Part shown: in pieces, positions 61,936 through 64,000 of the stretch
Layout of the letters: each line of letters starts with the position of its first letter
Numbering within the stretch: position 1 is the stretch's first letter
Source: an uncultured Chlamydiae bacterium
GTDB lineage: Bacteria; Chlamydiota; Chlamydiia; Chlamydiales; JAJFMA01
Direction of reading: 5' to 3'
NCBI GenBank assembly: GCA_963713615.1
Contig: CAVQMM010000001.1
Span: forward strand, 512,001 to 576,000
Length of the DNA: 64,000 nt
Translations under genes and position numbers: made by a program
Notes under the pieces: model-generated
Database searches by the model: none
What the model saw: only the letters and a program-made list of their open reading frames with translations
Told to the model about the DNA's origin: nothing

Positions 61936-63768
61936 ATGGTTAGAAATCGCAGCGAAGTTCCGAAAGAGGATCAATGGTGTGTTGAGGATTTATTTGCCGA
62001 TCTTGGAGCCTGGCAGAAGGCTTTCGATGAAGTGAAGGGATTGGATAAGCAACCCCATTGGCCTGAGATAGCGGCCTATCGTGATACGCTATCTGATGGT
62101 GCCACGCAGGTACGAGATACCTTGGAATGTATCCTGGGATTGGAACGACGGCTTGCTGCGCTGCATACCTATGCACACCTAAGGCACGACGAAGATATTA
62201 CTCATGCAGCACACAAAGATGCCTACGTACGCATTATAGGGCGCTTTCATGATTTTGCGCAGGAGACCTCGTGGTTTGAACCCGAGTTATTGGGGCTTCC
62301 TGAAGAGCTTCTAGAAACGTATGTTCAAGCGCCTGAGCTGGAGAGGTACCGCTTCCATATCGAGAAAATTATTCGTATGAAGCTGTATACGCTGCCACCA
62401 GAGCAGGAAGAACTGATGGCGATGGCTGCTAAAGCCTTTCAAGCACCTCACCGAGCTTTTTCAGCGATCAATGACGCAGATTTTAAATTTGGCAAAGTTG
62501 TTGATAAGGATGGTAGGGAATACGATTTAACGCACGGGTCTTATGGAATCTTCATCCGCTCTCACGATCGAGTCCTTCGAGCTAATAGCTTCAACCGTCT
62601 TCACGGTCAGTATGAGTCCTTTCAGCATACCTTGTGTGAACTTCTAAATGGTCAGGTGCAGCGTCATCTATTTGACGCGCGTGCCAGAGGCTTCTCATCT
62701 TGTGTCGAGGCTGCACTATACCCCAAGAATGTTAATGTTGACGTTTATGATTCTCTCATCAAGGCTGTCAGGGATAACATGGACGTTCTACATGACTATA
62801 TGGGGCTGCGTAAAGAGCTTCTAGGAGTTGATGAGCTACATATGCATGACCTTTATGTGCCACTGACTTCTCAAATAGATCTTAAATTTACTTATGAAGA
62901 AGCCGAACAGCTTGTAATAGATTCTGTTGCTCCTTTGGGTAACGACTATGAGCGATTTTTACGAGAAGGTTTGAAGCAACAACGCTGGGTTGATCGTTAT
63001 GAAAATGCCAACAAACGTTCTGGAGCCTATTCCAGTGGATGTTACGATAGTCATCCCTATATCTTAATGAACTTTAAAGGGGTGCTGCGAGATGCGTTTA
63101 CCTTAGCGCACGAGGCAGGACATAGCATGCATAGTCTGTACAGCCGCCGCACACAACCATTTCATTATTCCAGTTATCCCATCTTTGTTGCTGAAGTAGC
63201 CTCTACGTTTAATGAAGAACTCCTCATGCAACGCCTTTTAGCGCAGGCTACGACTAAAGAAATGCGCATCTTTCTCATCAATGAAAAATTAGAAGACATC
63301 CGTACAACGCTCTTTCGGCAAACGATGTTTGCTGAGTTTGAACGTCAGCTGCACCGATGGGTAGAGATGGACACACCATTGACAGTGAATCTACTAAGCA
63401 CCGAATACGCTAAATTAAATAAAGCGTACTTTGGTCCAGAGGTGATTGTGGATGATGCCGTAAAAGTGGAGTGGGCACGAATTCCACATTTCTACTACAA
63501 CTTCTATGTCTATCAATACGCTACCGGAATCAGTGCGGCACTGGCATTAGTGGATCAGGTCACGCAGGGAGGAGTTGAGGAACAAGCGGCCTACCTCAAG
63601 TTTCTTAAAGGAGGGTGTAGTGCGTATCCTCTTGATCTTCTCAGAGCTGCAGGTATTGACATGCGCTCGCCCCTTCCCGTCGAACGCGCCATTGGTCGTT
63701 TTCGAACTCTGCTTGAGGAACTGAAGACGCTTACTAGGAAAGAGGGCAGTGATCATGACAAAGGATAA
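61936..63768 (+). CDS. pepF: Oligoendopeptidase F
   Basis: KRSGAYS, HEAGH, AEVAS, WARIPHF. Confidence 0.97.
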   Translation: MVRNRSEVPKEDQWCVEDLFADLGAWQKAFDEVKGLDKQPHWPEIAAYRDTLSDGATQVRDTLECILGLERRLAALHTYAHLRHDEDITHAAHKDAYVRIIGRFHDFAQETSWFEPELLGLPEELLETYVQAPELERYRFHIEKIIRMKLYTLPPEQEELMAMAAKAFQAPHRAFSAINDADFKFGKVVDKDGREYDLTHGSYGIFIRSHDRVLRANSFNRLHGQYESFQHTLCELLNGQVQRHLFDARARGFSSCVEAALYPKNVNVDVYDSLIKAVRDNMDVLHDYMGLRKELLGVDELHMHDLYVPLTSQIDLKFTYEEAEQLVIDSVAPLGNDYERFLREGLKQQRWVDRYENANKRSGAYSSGCYDSHPYILMNFKGVLRDAFTLAHEAGHSMHSLYSRRTQPFHYSSYPIFVAEVASTFNEELLMQRLLAQATTKEMRIFLINEKLEDIRTTLFRQTMFAEFERQLHRWVEMDTPLTVNLLSTEYAKLNKAYFGPEVIVDDAVKVEWARIPHFYYNFYVYQYATGISAALALVDQVTQGGVEEQAAYLKFLKGGCSAYPLDLLRAAGIDMRSPLPVERAIGRFRTLLEELKTLTRKEGSDHDKG

Positions 63769-63776
63769 TGATCTGG

Positions 63777-63820
63777 CGGGCGTTTACAAGTAAGCAACAG
63801 GCTAACTTGTAAACGCCCGC
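63777..63820 (+). terminator. Hairpin after pepF
   Basis: gcgggcgtttacaagt / acttgtaaacgcccgc. Confidence 0.6.
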
Positions 63821-63830
63821 TAGGTCACGT

Positions 63831-63857
63831 TTAGCACATTGTTTGTCGATGTGCTAA
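63831..63857 (+). promoter_or_regulatory. CIRCE element (HrcA operator)
   Basis: TTAGCACAT-N9-ATGTGCTAA directly upstream of ttgctc-17-tatctt (63863-63891) and groES. Confidence 0.88.
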
Positions 63858-63952
63858 TTCACTTGCTCAAAATTGAGTTCCCTGCTATCTTTTTGATTTC
63901 GGAAACGTCCTTAGAGGCACTTTAAGATAAACCACAAGAGGAGACTAGACCT

Positions 63953-64000
63953 ATGGCACAGACACAGCAGAATACCAAAATTAAGCTGCGCCCTCTGGGC
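63953..64000 (+). CDS. groES: Co-chaperonin GroES (partial, runs off window)
   Basis: MAQTQQNTKIKLRPLG after SD gaggag; CIRCE upstream; pepF-groES synteny. Confidence 0.8.
   Translation, partial: MAQTQQNTKIKLRPLG

Overview
This window looks like the chromosome of an environmental Chlamydiae bacterium. The evidence is chlamydial gene order (pgi-phnP-hflX, msbA-accA-LDT-ihfA, pepF-CIRCE-groES), a large TPR protein and a eukaryotic-like BTB protein. Core blocks at about 1-15 kb and 51.5-64 kb flank a ~36 kb accessory zone. The zone's right part (37.3-51.5 kb) is a stack of integrations at the 3' end of tRNA-Asn, with several att relics and a serine-recombinase remnant. Its cargo is TA modules, a HEPN-like orphan, a TPP riboswitch upstream of a divergent TenA-fold gene, and an ArsR / Cys-tailed thioredoxin-like / MacB-type ABC operon. 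The left part holds a putative tandem-HEPN 915-aa orphan with a decayed paralog, two efflux systems and a catalase. One efflux system has an outer-membrane factor lacking beta-strand segments in both repeats; the other is riddled with +1 frameshifts. Intergenic DNA is unusually rich in palindromic non-autonomous elements nested like Russian dolls, including a 160-bp MITE with 8-bp target duplications. No transposase or CRISPR array is seen. All family calls come from motifs recognised by eye; no searches were run.
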